Origin: an uncultured Nitrososphaerota archaeon
GTDB taxonomy: Archaea > Thermoproteota > Nitrososphaeria > Nitrososphaerales > CADDZS01
Assembly: GCA_963799845.1 (NCBI GenBank)
Contig: CAWCYI010000004.1
Coordinates: 640,001-704,000 of the forward strand
Direction of reading: 5' to 3'
DNA: 64,000 nt
Numbering within the stretch: the stretch's first letter is position 1; each line of letters opens with the position of its first letter. Of the stretch, positions 1-9,690 are shown piece after piece. The translations under genes and the position numbers were made by a program. The notes beneath the pieces are model-generated. The model saw nothing but the letters and a program-made list of their open reading frames with translations, had not been told where the DNA came from and did no database searches.

Positions 1-2
1 GC

Positions 3-779
3 GCGCTTGCCTCCGCCCAGTACATCGATTACATGATTCGAAACGAAGGGAATGTCGCAGCTATTCTGGTTGAGCCCGTTGTAGGCACGAACGGAGTGCT
101 AGTCCCGCCCAAGGAGTACCTCCCGATGTTGAGAGAAATTGCGACGAAGAGAGGGGTCCTCCTCATTACGGATGAAGTGATGTCGGGATGGGGGAGGACA
201 GGCGAGTGGTTTGCAGTGAATCACTGGAAAGTGAAGCCGGATATCCTGACAACTGCGAAGGGGATTACCGGTGCGTACGTTCCGTTAGGAGTTGCTGCGA
301 CGACGAAGGAAATCGCGGACCATTTCGAGACGCACTATTTTGCTCATGGGCACACTTACGAGGCACATCCGATGACGCTCGCTCCGGCAATAGCTGCGAT
401 CAACGAGTACAGACGACTAGATCTCATCCGAGCGGCAAAAAAACAAGGAGAATATCTGGGCAAACTCCTGCAAGAGTTGAAAGAAAGACATCCTTCGGTG
501 GGAGACGTCAGAGGTCTGGGACTTTTCTGGGCGGTCGAATTAGTGAAGAACCGAGAAACGAAAGAGCCCTTTTTCGGAGCCGAGGATAAGCTTGCGGGAA
601 AGCTTTCGGTACTGGACAAGATCGGGGCCGAGATGATGAAAAATGGAGTGTTCGTCAATAATTGGTTGAGCCACTTTGTCGTTGCCCCTCCGTTGATCAT
701 AACAAAAGATGAGATTGACGAGGGAATCCGAGCTTTCGACCAGTCTCTGAAACTGGCTGATGAATTGGTGGCGGCTTGA
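3..779 (+). CDS. Class III PLP-dependent aminotransferase (5' part outside window)
   Basis: Motifs ILVEPVVG, ITDEVMSGWGRTG, PDILTTAKG (PLP Lys), HGHTY; frame is open back to the window start. Confidence 0.93.
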   Translation, partial: ALASAQYIDYMIRNEGNVAAILVEPVVGTNGVLVPPKEYLPMLREIATKRGVLLITDEVMSGWGRTGEWFAVNHWKVKPDILTTAKGITGAYVPLGVAATTKEIADHFETHYFAHGHTYEAHPMTLAPAIAAINEYRRLDLIRAAKKQGEYLGKLLQELKERHPSVGDVRGLGLFWAVELVKNRETKEPFFGAEDKLAGKLSVLDKIGAEMMKNGVFVNNWLSHFVVAPPLIITKDEIDEGIRAFDQSLKLADELVAA

Positions 780-834
780 AACCTACGAAACCATTCGAAC
801 TGTAGTTTAGAAATTGACAATAGGTTCTATCTGA

Positions 835-1776
835 TTACTCTTCCTTTCTGCCCACGGTCACGCTCCTTGCAATCGAGATCGCAACACATCTCGCAGAAAG
901 ATAACCGACCGCATCAAGAAGTCGGGGGCGCGACTCGGAAGATTTTACTTTCCCGGTAGCGACGGCAAAGATAGTGTCTCCATCGGAAGTCGTGTGCGTC
1001 GGTCTTATCGACATCGCTAGACCATCGTGCGACACCTGGGCTACCTTGATCAGCTCTTCGTGATTCAAGTCAGCGTTGGTCGCGACGATCCCGATAGTCG
1101 TGTTCTCCTTCCTAGGAGCAGTGCGAACGTATTCTTCGATAATATCCTCAAACTGGATGAATTTTCCATTTTCATCCCGAGCTCCCTCAAGAGTCTCCCC
1201 CGTATCAGGATCTCGAATATTCCCCGTGCAGTTCGTAATCATTAGAGCAGCGACATAGATTCCATCAAAGAGTGGAATTGCATACGAGCCGGTACCTCCC
1301 TTGCCTGCACGATCATGCCCTGCAAACCCGCCAGCGCTCCCTCCGATCCCTCCTCCAACATTTCCTTCTGCAACCGGATCCCTTGAAGCGTTCAGGCATG
1401 CATTGTATGCAATATCTCCATAGCTCACCTTCTCAATATTCGCCCTCCACATATCGTAAATTGTCGCGCCGACAATCAGAGGCATCTGTCCCCCGGCCTT
1501 CATCGAGACCAGCCCTCTCTCAAGAAGGTATTTTCTGATACCGATAGGAGAATCCAGTCCGTAAACATCACCGCCAGCGAGGAAGATGGCGTGCCGCTTC
1601 ACGAATCTCTTTGCCACGTCTATTCCGTCCGTATCGAAAGTTGTAGGATAACCTCCTCTTGCCTCGCAGGCAACATCGACCATCGGCTCAAGCAAAACCA
1701 CAGTGCATCCGGTCCCTGCCCTGTCTTCCGCGTGTCCAACCCTCAGTCCCTCGATCGAGGTCAGAGTGCGGTTCAT
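835..1776 (-). CDS. Peptidase family S58 / DmpA-like (P1) aminopeptidase
   Basis: GLRVGHA, TGCTVV, EGNVGGG, ENTTIGIVATNA, HDGLAMSIRPTHTTSDGDTIFAVATG; start moved to ATG 1776 (MNRTLT) to remove overlap with the divergent gene. Confidence 0.88.
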   Translation of the reverse strand: MNRTLTSIEGLRVGHAEDRAGTGCTVVLLEPMVDVACEARGGYPTTFDTDGIDVAKRFVKRHAIFLAGGDVYGLDSPIGIRKYLLERGLVSMKAGGQMPLIVGATIYDMWRANIEKVSYGDIAYNACLNASRDPVAEGNVGGGIGGSAGGFAGHDRAGKGGTGSYAIPLFDGIYVAALMITNCTGNIRDPDTGETLEGARDENGKFIQFEDIIEEYVRTAPRKENTTIGIVATNADLNHEELIKVAQVSHDGLAMSIRPTHTTSDGDTIFAVATGKVKSSESRPRLLDAVGYLSARCVAISIARSVTVGRKEE

Positions 1777-1838
1777 TTTCTTACGCTTCGTCGTTCCGGC
1801 ACTCTTTAAACTGCATCGACGGTTCAATTTCCGAAATC

Positions 1839-3770
1839 ATGAGCTTAGAGGAAAGAGTCGGCAGCCCTTACGGAACCTGGGAATCCTCGATCACAGCGAA
1901 ATCGGTCGCGTCCGGGAATCATGTATTTGAGTTAAGACTTCATGGTGATGATGTCTACTTTGTCGAAGTCCGGCCGCTCGAGGAGAAAGCGCGCTACTCG
2001 ATCATGAAAGTAGGCTCAAGCGGCGGGGCTTCTCTTGAAATCACTCCAGCTCCATTCCACGCGAGGTCAACGGTTCACGAGTATGGTGGAGGCGGGTTCC
2101 TTCTCTCAGGTGAATGGATAGTCTTCTCGAATTTCACTGATCAGAGGCTTTACAGGAAGCAAGTAGATTCAGATGAAATTCCAGTTCCAATAACCTTCGC
2201 TGGTACAGATGCTCGATATGCGGATGGGATCTCTGACGAAACCCGAAAAAGGATAATCTCGGTAAGAGAGCATCATCCCGTCCCGGGAAAGAGGGACGCA
2301 GTCAATACTATAGTTGGCATTAATCTTGAAGATGGTGGCTTGGGGGAAGTTCTCCTCTTCGGGAACGATTTTTACGCATTCCCAAGGTTGAGCCCCGACA
2401 ACACGAAACTCGCCTGGGTCACCTGGAATTTTCCCAACATGCCGTTTGATGGTTCGGAACTTTGGGTCGGAGAATTCAATAGCGAAGGAAGGCTCCATAA
2501 CAAAACGAAAATCGCCGGAGGACTGGACGAATCCGTGACTCAGCCTAACTGGTCTCCATCTGGTGATCTGTACTTTATTTCGGATCGAACCGGATGGTGG
2601 AATCTCTACCGCTGGCGGGAAAGGATCGTGGAAACTGTTTGCCCTAAAACATCCGACTTTTGCCATCCCGACTGGAATTTGGGTTTTTCCTCGTATGCGC
2701 TCGAATCCGAAAAGAGGATAATCTGCACCTTTGCGGAGAATGGAGAATGGAAACTCGCTTCTCTCGAAACTGATTCGCTTGACTTCAAACAGATAGAGAG
2801 TCCCTTCACCGATATCCAATACGTCCAGGCTTCTCAAGGCTACGCTATTTTCCTTGCAGGATCTCCCAAGGAATCGCACTCCATTTTCCGGTATGATTTT
2901 TCTTCTGGCGAAATTCAGAAAATCTACGAATCGCCGGGAGAGTCCACTGACGAGAATCTGACCTCATTGTCAACCACAGTGACGTTTCCTACTTCCAATC
3001 GTGTCACGGCCCACGGCTTCTATTACGAGCCCCACAATCCGAGGTTCGTTCCTCCTAAGGATGAACTCCCGCCTCTGATTGTGACGGTGCATGGCGGCCC
3101 GACTGATGCATCTTCGAATGCGCTTCAAGGCAGGATCCAGTTCTTCACTTCTCGGGGTTTTGCGGTTCTAGATGTGAATTACGGAGGTAGCAGTGCATAC
3201 GGGCGGGAATATCGTCGGAGGCTAAACGGTCAGTGGGGAATCGTCGATGTTGAAGACTGCGAAAGCGGTGCGATGAGCCTTGCCGGAGAAGGAAAGATAG
3301 ATGGAAATCGAGTAGTAATCAGGGGAGGAAGCGCTGGCGGCTGGACTACATTATGCGCCATAACTTTCAGCAAGATGTTCAAGGCAGGTGCGTGTTCATT
3401 CGGGATCAGCGATCTAGAGAGGTGGGAACTTGACTGCCACAAGTTTGAGTCTCAATACCTCCACTCCTTGATTGGTTCTTATCCGCAGGAACGTGAACTT
3501 TTTCTGGATCGGTCACCAACAAGTTATGTTGAGAACGTTTCAGCACCATTGTTGGTCTTGCAGGGTTTAGAAGACAAGGTTGTACCGCCGAGCCAGAGCG
3601 AGCTGATCGTCGAGGGCCTTCGCAGAAAAAATCGAGACGTGGAGTATGTCGCGTTCGAGGGCGAGCAACACAACTTTCGACAAGCGAAACACGTCGAGGA
3701 AGCTTTGGAGAAGGAACTATCATTTTTCCTGAGAGAGCTCGGTATTCAGGCAAAGTCTTCCATATCCTAA
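1839..3770 (+). CDS. S9 family peptidase (acyl-peptide hydrolase / dipeptidyl aminopeptidase)
   Basis: PYGTWES N-terminus, beta-propeller region, VHGGPT, GGSAGG nucleophile, QGLEDKVVP, EGEQHNF; start ATG 1839. Confidence 0.93.
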   Translation: MSLEERVGSPYGTWESSITAKSVASGNHVFELRLHGDDVYFVEVRPLEEKARYSIMKVGSSGGASLEITPAPFHARSTVHEYGGGGFLLSGEWIVFSNFTDQRLYRKQVDSDEIPVPITFAGTDARYADGISDETRKRIISVREHHPVPGKRDAVNTIVGINLEDGGLGEVLLFGNDFYAFPRLSPDNTKLAWVTWNFPNMPFDGSELWVGEFNSEGRLHNKTKIAGGLDESVTQPNWSPSGDLYFISDRTGWWNLYRWRERIVETVCPKTSDFCHPDWNLGFSSYALESEKRIICTFAENGEWKLASLETDSLDFKQIESPFTDIQYVQASQGYAIFLAGSPKESHSIFRYDFSSGEIQKIYESPGESTDENLTSLSTTVTFPTSNRVTAHGFYYEPHNPRFVPPKDELPPLIVTVHGGPTDASSNALQGRIQFFTSRGFAVLDVNYGGSSAYGREYRRRLNGQWGIVDVEDCESGAMSLAGEGKIDGNRVVIRGGSAGGWTTLCAITFSKMFKAGACSFGISDLERWELDCHKFESQYLHSLIGSYPQERELFLDRSPTSYVENVSAPLLVLQGLEDKVVPPSQSELIVEGLRRKNRDVEYVAFEGEQHNFRQAKHVEEALEKELSFFLRELGIQAKSSIS

Positions 3771-3901
3771 AGAATTCATCTTCCGAATTTTATTTGACGA
3801 CGCTTCGCTGACGCGCATTTTCGGCAGGTCTGCAAGCTCTTTTTCTGTACGTGCTGAGTCAGGAGAGGAGGGACAGAAAAATGTCTGCCCCTAGTTCCCT
3901 G

Positions 3902-6199
3902 TCAGTACATAGTGGCGAAGTAGAAGGTATACTGTCCAGCACCGTCATACATGGGCTCCGTCGGATTGTAGAAGAACCCCTGGATGTTCGAAGTCATCAC
4001 TTCGAAAGATAGTGGGTAGACCGTCTGTATCTGCTCCACTTCATTGTTTGCGAACTGGAACGCCTCCGATGTCGTCTTTACTAGATCTGAGAGGTCTCCT
4101 GCGTGCGAGTAGTTGAGCGCTTCGTTCGACAGAGTTCCTAGTATGGAATAATTGTAGTGTTGTATTCCGTACCATGTCCCGCCCGGAGCCAGCAGCGTGC
4201 CTGTGTAATCAGTCACCCACGGATAGTCTGCTGTCCAGTCCAAACCATCGAAGGAGTAAGTTTGTCCCGAAAACGCTTGTGTAACCAGTGTTCCCTCTGG
4301 CTCCGGTACTACTGTTACTGTCACCCCCATGTTGTACGTCGAGCTGATATTGTTTATCGCCTCGGCAATCTCAGTAACTATTGTACCGCCGAGTGTGTCG
4401 CCGGTCGCATAATTCAATGGAATGGTCTGCTGCACCGGAGAAGTGCAAGTGCCGTGGGAATTTAGAGTCGCGCACCCGAAAGTGTTGTTGAACTCTCCCG
4501 GAGCGGCAACGTGTCCGTTATAGTTTGTAAAGCTCGTTATCGGATTCTCCATAGCCGCGAGAAGCAGGTCTTGCGAAGCCGTCAGGTTGAAGCTGTACTT
4601 CGGGACTATCGATGTATTGTAAGCCCCCGGCGGCCCAATACCTGGTGGGATTAGATTAATCTCGACCTGCCCCATCCCATTGTTTTCAGCAATGTTAATT
4701 TCAGACATATTGATCGAGTCCGCAAAAGCTAGCCTAACCCTGAGATCAGCGAATGGCTGGAAGGGATAATACTGCCCCGTCAACGGATTGGAAACATTGG
4801 TGTTGAGTCCGACCGTCTGGGTGTTAAGCGAAGATTGGGGTCCGTAAAGAGAAACTCCCGGTATTATCGATTGAAGTGTCCCGTTATTTAGCCAAGCATT
4901 TCTGTCGGCTACGTCGTAAAGATGGTCATTCGTCACTGCAATAATGAGCGCCTCTCCAGTCCGCCCTGCATTCTCGAGGTCCAGTAATCTTGTCGAAGCC
5001 GATGGGACGAAGTTGATGTTTATTGTCTTGATCTGTGGAATTATCTTCTGTCCGCCCATGAACTGATAGGGACCGCCCCAGTAGTTGGGATTTGCCTGCA
5101 GAACTATATCCTGAGTTGTTTGGCTCCAGCTTTGCAGAGTATAAGGTCCAGTGCCGCCCATCGATCCCTGCGCCGACTCATCGTAATACGTAGTAGCGCA
5201 ACCGCCAACCGTTGGCGAAACTCCGCAGGTCGCAACTTCATCGTCAAAGTACTGCGTTATCTGCGTCGTCTCATTGCCGCTAAGCGCCGGATACGGCAGC
5301 TTGTAACCAGCGGCCGTCCAAGTCGCGAGGTCATGCGTCATCGTATATTCAGGGGCAACGATCGGATCGCCCCAAGTTGCAAACAAATACGGAAATGCGC
5401 CGTCGTAGTGCTGAAGATTCATGACAAAAGTACTGGGGCCGGTTATCTGGACGAAGTTCTCCGCGAGAACCTGGTTCACCCACGACTCTGTGTAAGCTTG
5501 CGGCTGTCCGCTTAGTACGTTGCTCAAGCTGGTGTTAGCGAGTTGCTGAACGATCCACGACGGACCGTACCCGCCCAGAGAAGTCGGTGATGACCCGTCA
5601 ATGATTAACCCTCGAAGGATTGAGAAATACGCAGCTGTTGAATTGAATGGCTCACCGTCTTGGAATGCTATGTTCGTTCTAAGATTGAAATCAACCGTCT
5701 TGTGATCCGCGGCAATCGTGTAATTCTGAGCAAGCCAAGGAATAATCAGACTTCCGCTAGACCCGTTGTACCAGAGCAGATATTCGTAGACGTTATTCAT
5801 GATACCGAGATCGTAGCCTATGTAATCAACAGTCGGATCCATATACTGCGGCGTAGTAAATGTCTCGTACGTGAGTGAGGACGGCACAGCCGAGGTCGAG
5901 CTGCTGCTAGTCGTAGAACTGCTGCTAGTGGTCAAAGAGCTAGTGGTTGAGGAACTGGAAGAAGATGTTGTAGAACTGGAAGCGGAAGATGAAGTGGCCG
6001 AGGAAGAAGATGTCGTCATGCTCGAAGTGGTACTTGGAGACGTACTCGATGTGGTGGATTGAATGCTCGTAGTAGTCGACTTTGCCCCATAGAAGGCAAG
6101 ATACGCGGCCCCGGACGCAAGGATAATTATGACGACAATGACAGCAACGACAAGAGCTACTCTTCCGATCCCGGTTTTCGTGGAGTTCAAATTAAGCAC
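3902..6199 (-). CDS. ABC transporter substrate-binding protein, family 5 (peptide/nickel), N-terminal membrane anchor plus Ser/Thr-rich linker
   Basis: TM helix, poly-S/T linker, MDPTVDY, VYEYLLWY, GTGPYTL, ANPNYWG, PFADLRVRLAFA. Confidence 0.88.
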   Translation of the reverse strand: MLNLNSTKTGIGRVALVVAVIVVIIILASGAAYLAFYGAKSTTTSIQSTTSSTSPSTTSSMTTSSSSATSSSASSSTTSSSSSSTTSSLTTSSSSTTSSSSTSAVPSSLTYETFTTPQYMDPTVDYIGYDLGIMNNVYEYLLWYNGSSGSLIIPWLAQNYTIAADHKTVDFNLRTNIAFQDGEPFNSTAAYFSILRGLIIDGSSPTSLGGYGPSWIVQQLANTSLSNVLSGQPQAYTESWVNQVLAENFVQITGPSTFVMNLQHYDGAFPYLFATWGDPIVAPEYTMTHDLATWTAAGYKLPYPALSGNETTQITQYFDDEVATCGVSPTVGGCATTYYDESAQGSMGGTGPYTLQSWSQTTQDIVLQANPNYWGGPYQFMGGQKIIPQIKTININFVPSASTRLLDLENAGRTGEALIIAVTNDHLYDVADRNAWLNNGTLQSIIPGVSLYGPQSSLNTQTVGLNTNVSNPLTGQYYPFQPFADLRVRLAFADSINMSEINIAENNGMGQVEINLIPPGIGPPGAYNTSIVPKYSFNLTASQDLLLAAMENPITSFTNYNGHVAAPGEFNNTFGCATLNSHGTCTSPVQQTIPLNYATGDTLGGTIVTEIAEAINNISSTYNMGVTVTVVPEPEGTLVTQAFSGQTYSFDGLDWTADYPWVTDYTGTLLAPGGTWYGIQHYNYSILGTLSNEALNYSHAGDLSDLVKTTSEAFQFANNEVEQIQTVYPLSFEVMTSNIQGFFYNPTEPMYDGAGQYTFYFATMY

Positions 6200-6247
6200 A
6201 GGTCAATCAGACGTTAGTTAAGCATTTCCTGAAATTCACGTATGACT

Positions 6248-7051
6248 CTAATGGTGATCTATTCTTTCTCTGATCTCTCTATCCCTAAACTCCCGAACAA
6301 ATGAAAGTAGCCTGTCAGAACAGGTTTCGAAAATCTTCTTTCCCTTTTCTTTCGTCGATTTCGTAGGGTCTCCCATCGTTCCGGTTTTGCTCATCCTGCT
6401 CCACCAGTCCATGAATTGGACTTTTCCTCCCGCATTCTGGAACGACCTGCCGCCGGGCTCGACACCGTAGTTGATGAACTTCGATTTTTCAAAGTTCCAG
6501 TCCCTCTCGGCCTTGCTCATGTCAACATTAGCAGGATCGAGGTACATCATCAACGATGTTTCGATCTCTCCAGCGTGAGCATCCTCGCCCTCTAGCAGAT
6601 CAAAAACTTCTGGAGCGATCGCCAGGTAATCCAGTGAGGCACAGAGCGAATGTTTTGATTCAAGCGTTATCCTTCTCGCCGCGATTTCCATCGGTGCGAC
6701 ATTGCTGCCGTGTCCGTTGACAATGATTATCTTCTCAAAACCGTGATGCGCAAGACTCTTCCCGATATCAATGACGAGTCGGATAATTGTTTCGTAATGA
6801 ATGTGAATCGTCGCTGGAAAATCTAGGTGATGCTCGTTATACCCATAACTCACCGAAGGCATGTAAAAAGAAAGTTCGGGCGCAGTTTTGGATACATCTT
6901 TGCAGAGCAGCTCCGCGATGAATGCATCAGTCTTCGTAGGAAGATGTGGTCCGTGTTGTTCTGTTGATCCGACTGGAATTAGAGCAACCCTCTTTTCCGT
7001 GGAAGCCTCGTTGACCTCGGGCCAGTTCATGTCGCCGTAGAATGATTTCAA
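6248..7051 (-). CDS. Creatininase family amidohydrolase
   Basis: PVGSTEQHGPHLP, NGHGSN, HAGEIETS, GTMGDPT; TTG start at 7051 overlaps the upstream TGA. Confidence 0.9.
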   Translation of the reverse strand: MKSFYGDMNWPEVNEASTEKRVALIPVGSTEQHGPHLPTKTDAFIAELLCKDVSKTAPELSFYMPSVSYGYNEHHLDFPATIHIHYETIIRLVIDIGKSLAHHGFEKIIIVNGHGSNVAPMEIAARRITLESKHSLCASLDYLAIAPEVFDLLEGEDAHAGEIETSLMMYLDPANVDMSKAERDWNFEKSKFINYGVEPGGRSFQNAGGKVQFMDWWSRMSKTGTMGDPTKSTKEKGKKIFETCSDRLLSFVREFRDREIRERIDHH

Positions 7052-8201
7052 GGTTCCCACCGGTACTTTTCGACGACGTTCTGATCGATTTCTATTCCTA
7101 GGCCAGGAGCATCGGGCACGATGAGCTTGCCATTTTCGATCTTGAATTTCTGTTTTGATAAATCTGAAACGAGAGGATTTTCCTCCTGTTTGAACTCCAT
7201 CAAGAACGCGTCCGGCGCGGAAGCCACGAGCTGCATCGAGGCCGCGCTGTTTATGGCTGTGCTCCAGTTGTGGGGAACCCACCTCATGTTGTTGATTCTA
7301 GCGAGTTCTATGATTCTCTTCATTTCCGAGATGCCTCCGAGTTTGCTCGCATCAGGCTGAATCAGATCGGCAGCCTGCCTTGAAATAACGTCAGCAAAAT
7401 CATACACAGTGTAGAGGCCTTCGCCGAACGCTATCGTGACATCGACCGAGTTCGTCAGCCGCTCGTATCCCCTCATGTCATCCTGCGGGAGTGCTTCTTC
7501 AAGCCAGAAAATGTCGTACTTTTCAAAACGCCTTGCCATCCGGATCGCGTGATCAGACGACCAATTAACGTAGCGGCCGACATCAACCATTATGTTTCCC
7601 TTGGATCCGAAAGCATCCCTGATTGTCGTAATCATCTTTTCATCCCTATCCGGATCGGCTCCAAATGGTTTTGACGGAATCATGCCCCAGCCAAACTTTA
7701 CGCCGAAATAATTGTCATTGATGTACCTCAGCCCTTTCTTCGCAGTTCCTTCGACATCGTCCATGTCAAACAAAAGACTCGCGTAAAGCGGGATCTCTTT
7801 TCGATATGTACCCCCGAGAAGTTTCGAGACGGGAATTCCGTAAGACTTGGCTGCGATGTCAACAAGCGCAGTATCCACTCCGCTCTGCGCAAAAGCGGTA
7901 AGGCCCCGACGGCCGAACCACGAAGTCTCGTTGTAGAGTTTTTCCCAGATCTTTCTATAATCTCGGGATCTTCGCCTTTGATCCTAGGAATAAACCCTCT
8001 TTCGATCAATACTTTAACGGCGAGTGCTGATTCTCCGTACTCGCTGCCCGTGCAACACTCCCCCCAACCGTCGATTCCCTCGTCCGTTTCAACGTGGACG
8101 ATAACCTGGTAGCCGGTATATCCGCCGACGTTCAGCTCAAATTCGAAAGAGCCGGGATCCTGTGCATAAAGGATAATCGCTTCAATGTTTTTGATCTTCA
8201 C
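7048..8201 (-). CDS. Mandelate racemase / muconate lactonizing enzyme family (enolase superfamily); split by a 1-nt deletion near 7965
   Basis: N-half VETDEGIDGWGE joins C-half DTALVDIAAK, WLEEAL, GEGLYT, QPDASKLGGISE, PDAPGLG if one C is restored (GEDPRDYRKIWEKLYNETSWFGRRG). Confidence 0.88.
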
Positions 8202-8227
8202 GGGACCGACGAATTATCGCCGGATAT

Positions 8228-9625
8228 TTAAGAAACGGGTGAAGGGAATTTATCGAGAGGAAGTCTGTCAGATAAAATGATCAGTGGCATCGGTTCAGTG
8301 GCGGTTTTTAGTTCATAATGCAAGTGAACTACCCACGACTGAAAGATCGTGGGCTTCTCCACGACCATAGCAGGGCTTCCTGTTTCAACCACCATGCTTG
8401 CTCTGATGTGTGGAATGCTGTTGAAGTATTCCAAGAGAGTATAGGCAAGAGTGTCCGCAGGCGTTAATTCCCTATGCACCATAGGTACTCCTCCTTCCTT
8501 TTCGATGTTTATCGCGGAGTTCAAGTCTCTGTCCATTACGAGACCACAGTATGTGCATTCATAGATTCGATCCGCAAGAGTGACCTGATTCCTTGCGTTG
8601 CACCGCGAGCATTTCTGGGTCGTGGGGATGAAGCTATTCACTTTCCTCGGCGTTTGTGCCTTCTTTTCAAGCGCACTGATTATTCCGCCGAGCGAGGTGT
8701 TCAAAATTCTTCTTCCCCAGATCCGCTGCCAGGCTTTGATTGTATCATCCTGATAGCAAATCGTTGTGAACTGTTTTGTGAGTCCGCGCACAAGCTTGTT
8801 CTGGATATCCTTTTTGACGCTCGTCGTCCCGTCATAGGCTTTATCCAGTTTCGTTTTTGCCTTCCACCAGTTATGGCTGTGGTATTTCTTTCTGCTTAGC
8901 TTCCTGCACAGCTTCTTCATATGATCTGTTATTGGCACTTCGTAGTTGATTCTGATCCCGCTTGATAGCGTGAGCTGGTTTTTGATTCCCAAGTCTATGC
9001 CTACGTTTTTTGATGGCTGTTCTTCTTCCCGATGCTTCGGAACTACTTTAGTCTGGTAGGTTGTCACGTGCAGATAGTAGTCTCCATGCTTTCGGATCAG
9101 AAGCACGGATGCAAGATCGGCACTCGCAGGAAGCTGAAAAATCCCTCTTGTTTTGAGTCCCTGCTTGATTCCCTGAATGTGGATGTAGTGCTTATCGAAG
9201 ATCTTGTACGTCATCCCTTGCTGCTTGAGTGGGATGGAACAGATTTCACTTTTGAATTTGAGCGCACCAACTTTGTGTCCGCTCTTCTTCAACCTGGAAA
9301 GTGATCTGATGTTGTCTCTCATCCTGTCGATGAGTTCCTGTTTCATCTGGGATGAAAGACATCGGATTTCTCTTGTTTCGAAACCGTCCTTTGCCTTGAC
9401 ACGGACCGAGCCTATCCTGTAGTCGGCCTCGAATATGTTTCCGTTTGCAAGCACATGATTGTAGAACCACTTGGCTTCGAGAAATAATCTGTCGAGATGT
9501 TTGTGTGTCTTGTCGCTGAGATGGGAAGTATCTATTTTCAGCTCGTATTGCTTACAGGTTTGAGTCCTCCGTCTCTCCTTAGTTTTCTTGAGCGAGCCGC
9601 GTATGGCGTCATTCTTGAGAGACAT
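8228..9625 (-). CDS. tnpB: TnpB RNA-guided endonuclease family protein
   Basis: RuvC-I GIDLGIK, Zn finger CSRC..CTYC, RuvC-III DRDLNSAINI; RuvC-II reads YQDD; ORF runs past the element right end. Confidence 0.93.
   Translation of the reverse strand: MSLKNDAIRGSLKKTKERRRTQTCKQYELKIDTSHLSDKTHKHLDRLFLEAKWFYNHVLANGNIFEADYRIGSVRVKAKDGFETREIRCLSSQMKQELIDRMRDNIRSLSRLKKSGHKVGALKFKSEICSIPLKQQGMTYKIFDKHYIHIQGIKQGLKTRGIFQLPASADLASVLLIRKHGDYYLHVTTYQTKVVPKHREEEQPSKNVGIDLGIKNQLTLSSGIRINYEVPITDHMKKLCRKLSRKKYHSHNWWKAKTKLDKAYDGTTSVKKDIQNKLVRGLTKQFTTICYQDDTIKAWQRIWGRRILNTSLGGIISALEKKAQTPRKVNSFIPTTQKCSRCNARNQVTLADRIYECTYCGLVMDRDLNSAINIEKEGGVPMVHRELTPADTLAYTLLEYFNSIPHIRASMVVETGSPAMVVEKPTIFQSWVVHLHYELKTATEPMPLIILSDRLPLDKFPSPVS
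8277..8323 (+). pseudogene. 5' fragment of a VOC/glyoxalase gene interrupted by the IS
   Basis: ATG ATC AGT GGC ATC GGT TCA GTG GCG GTT ... reads MISGIGSVAVLVHNA (one extra T in the run 8305-8309) and joins in frame with 9687 onward (SKSAEWFRDKLGF). Confidence 0.8.
8304..8480 (-). ncRNA. Putative TnpB omega-RNA (reRNA): scaffold overlapping the tnpB 3' end, guide taken from flanking DNA
   Basis: Established IS200/IS605 architecture; scaffold ends at ...GGGTAGTTCAC (8324), guide would be UUGCAUUAUGAACUAAAAAC; 5' boundary is only an estimate. Confidence 0.6.
8324..8357 (-). repeat. IS right-end subterminal hairpin and cleavage site
   Basis: Minus strand GAAG-CCCACGA-tctttcag-TCGTGGG-tagt-TCAC. 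Confidence 0.88.
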
Positions 9626-9686
9626 CCGACTCTCTCAAGCGCAATTCATCCCATGTTTTAAAACATGGGCTTTCTTGCACAATCTG
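8324..9686 (-). mobile_element. Non-autonomous IS200/IS605-family (IS1341-like, tnpB-only) element, 1363 bp
   Basis: Left end TTAC| ... AAAG plus hairpin; right end GAAG plus hairpin ... TCAC|; no target duplication; removal restores the host VOC ORF; no tnpA inside. Confidence 0.9.
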
Positions 9687-9690
9687 GTAA
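9641..9690 (-). repeat. IS left-end hairpin and target tetranucleotide
   Basis: Minus strand TTAC|cagattgtgcaag-AAAG-CCCATGTTTTAAAACATGGG-atgaattgc; 20-bp perfect palindrome at 9650-9669. Confidence 0.88.

Noticed and set aside
1659-1838. Long N-terminal extensions in the ORF track (also 7052-7282, 25138-25365, 25339-25383)
   Set aside because: They overlap neighbouring genes or promoters and precede the family-typical N-termini
2169-2879. Long antisense or alternate-frame ORFs (also 18828-19382, 25665-26207, 33398-33940, 56222-56686)
   Set aside because: Fully nested in well-supported genes with no motifs; shadow ORFs
5870-6080. Low-complexity repeat and antisense Glu/Val-rich ORF 5871-6062
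   Set aside because: Mirror of the Ser/Thr linker of the binding protein
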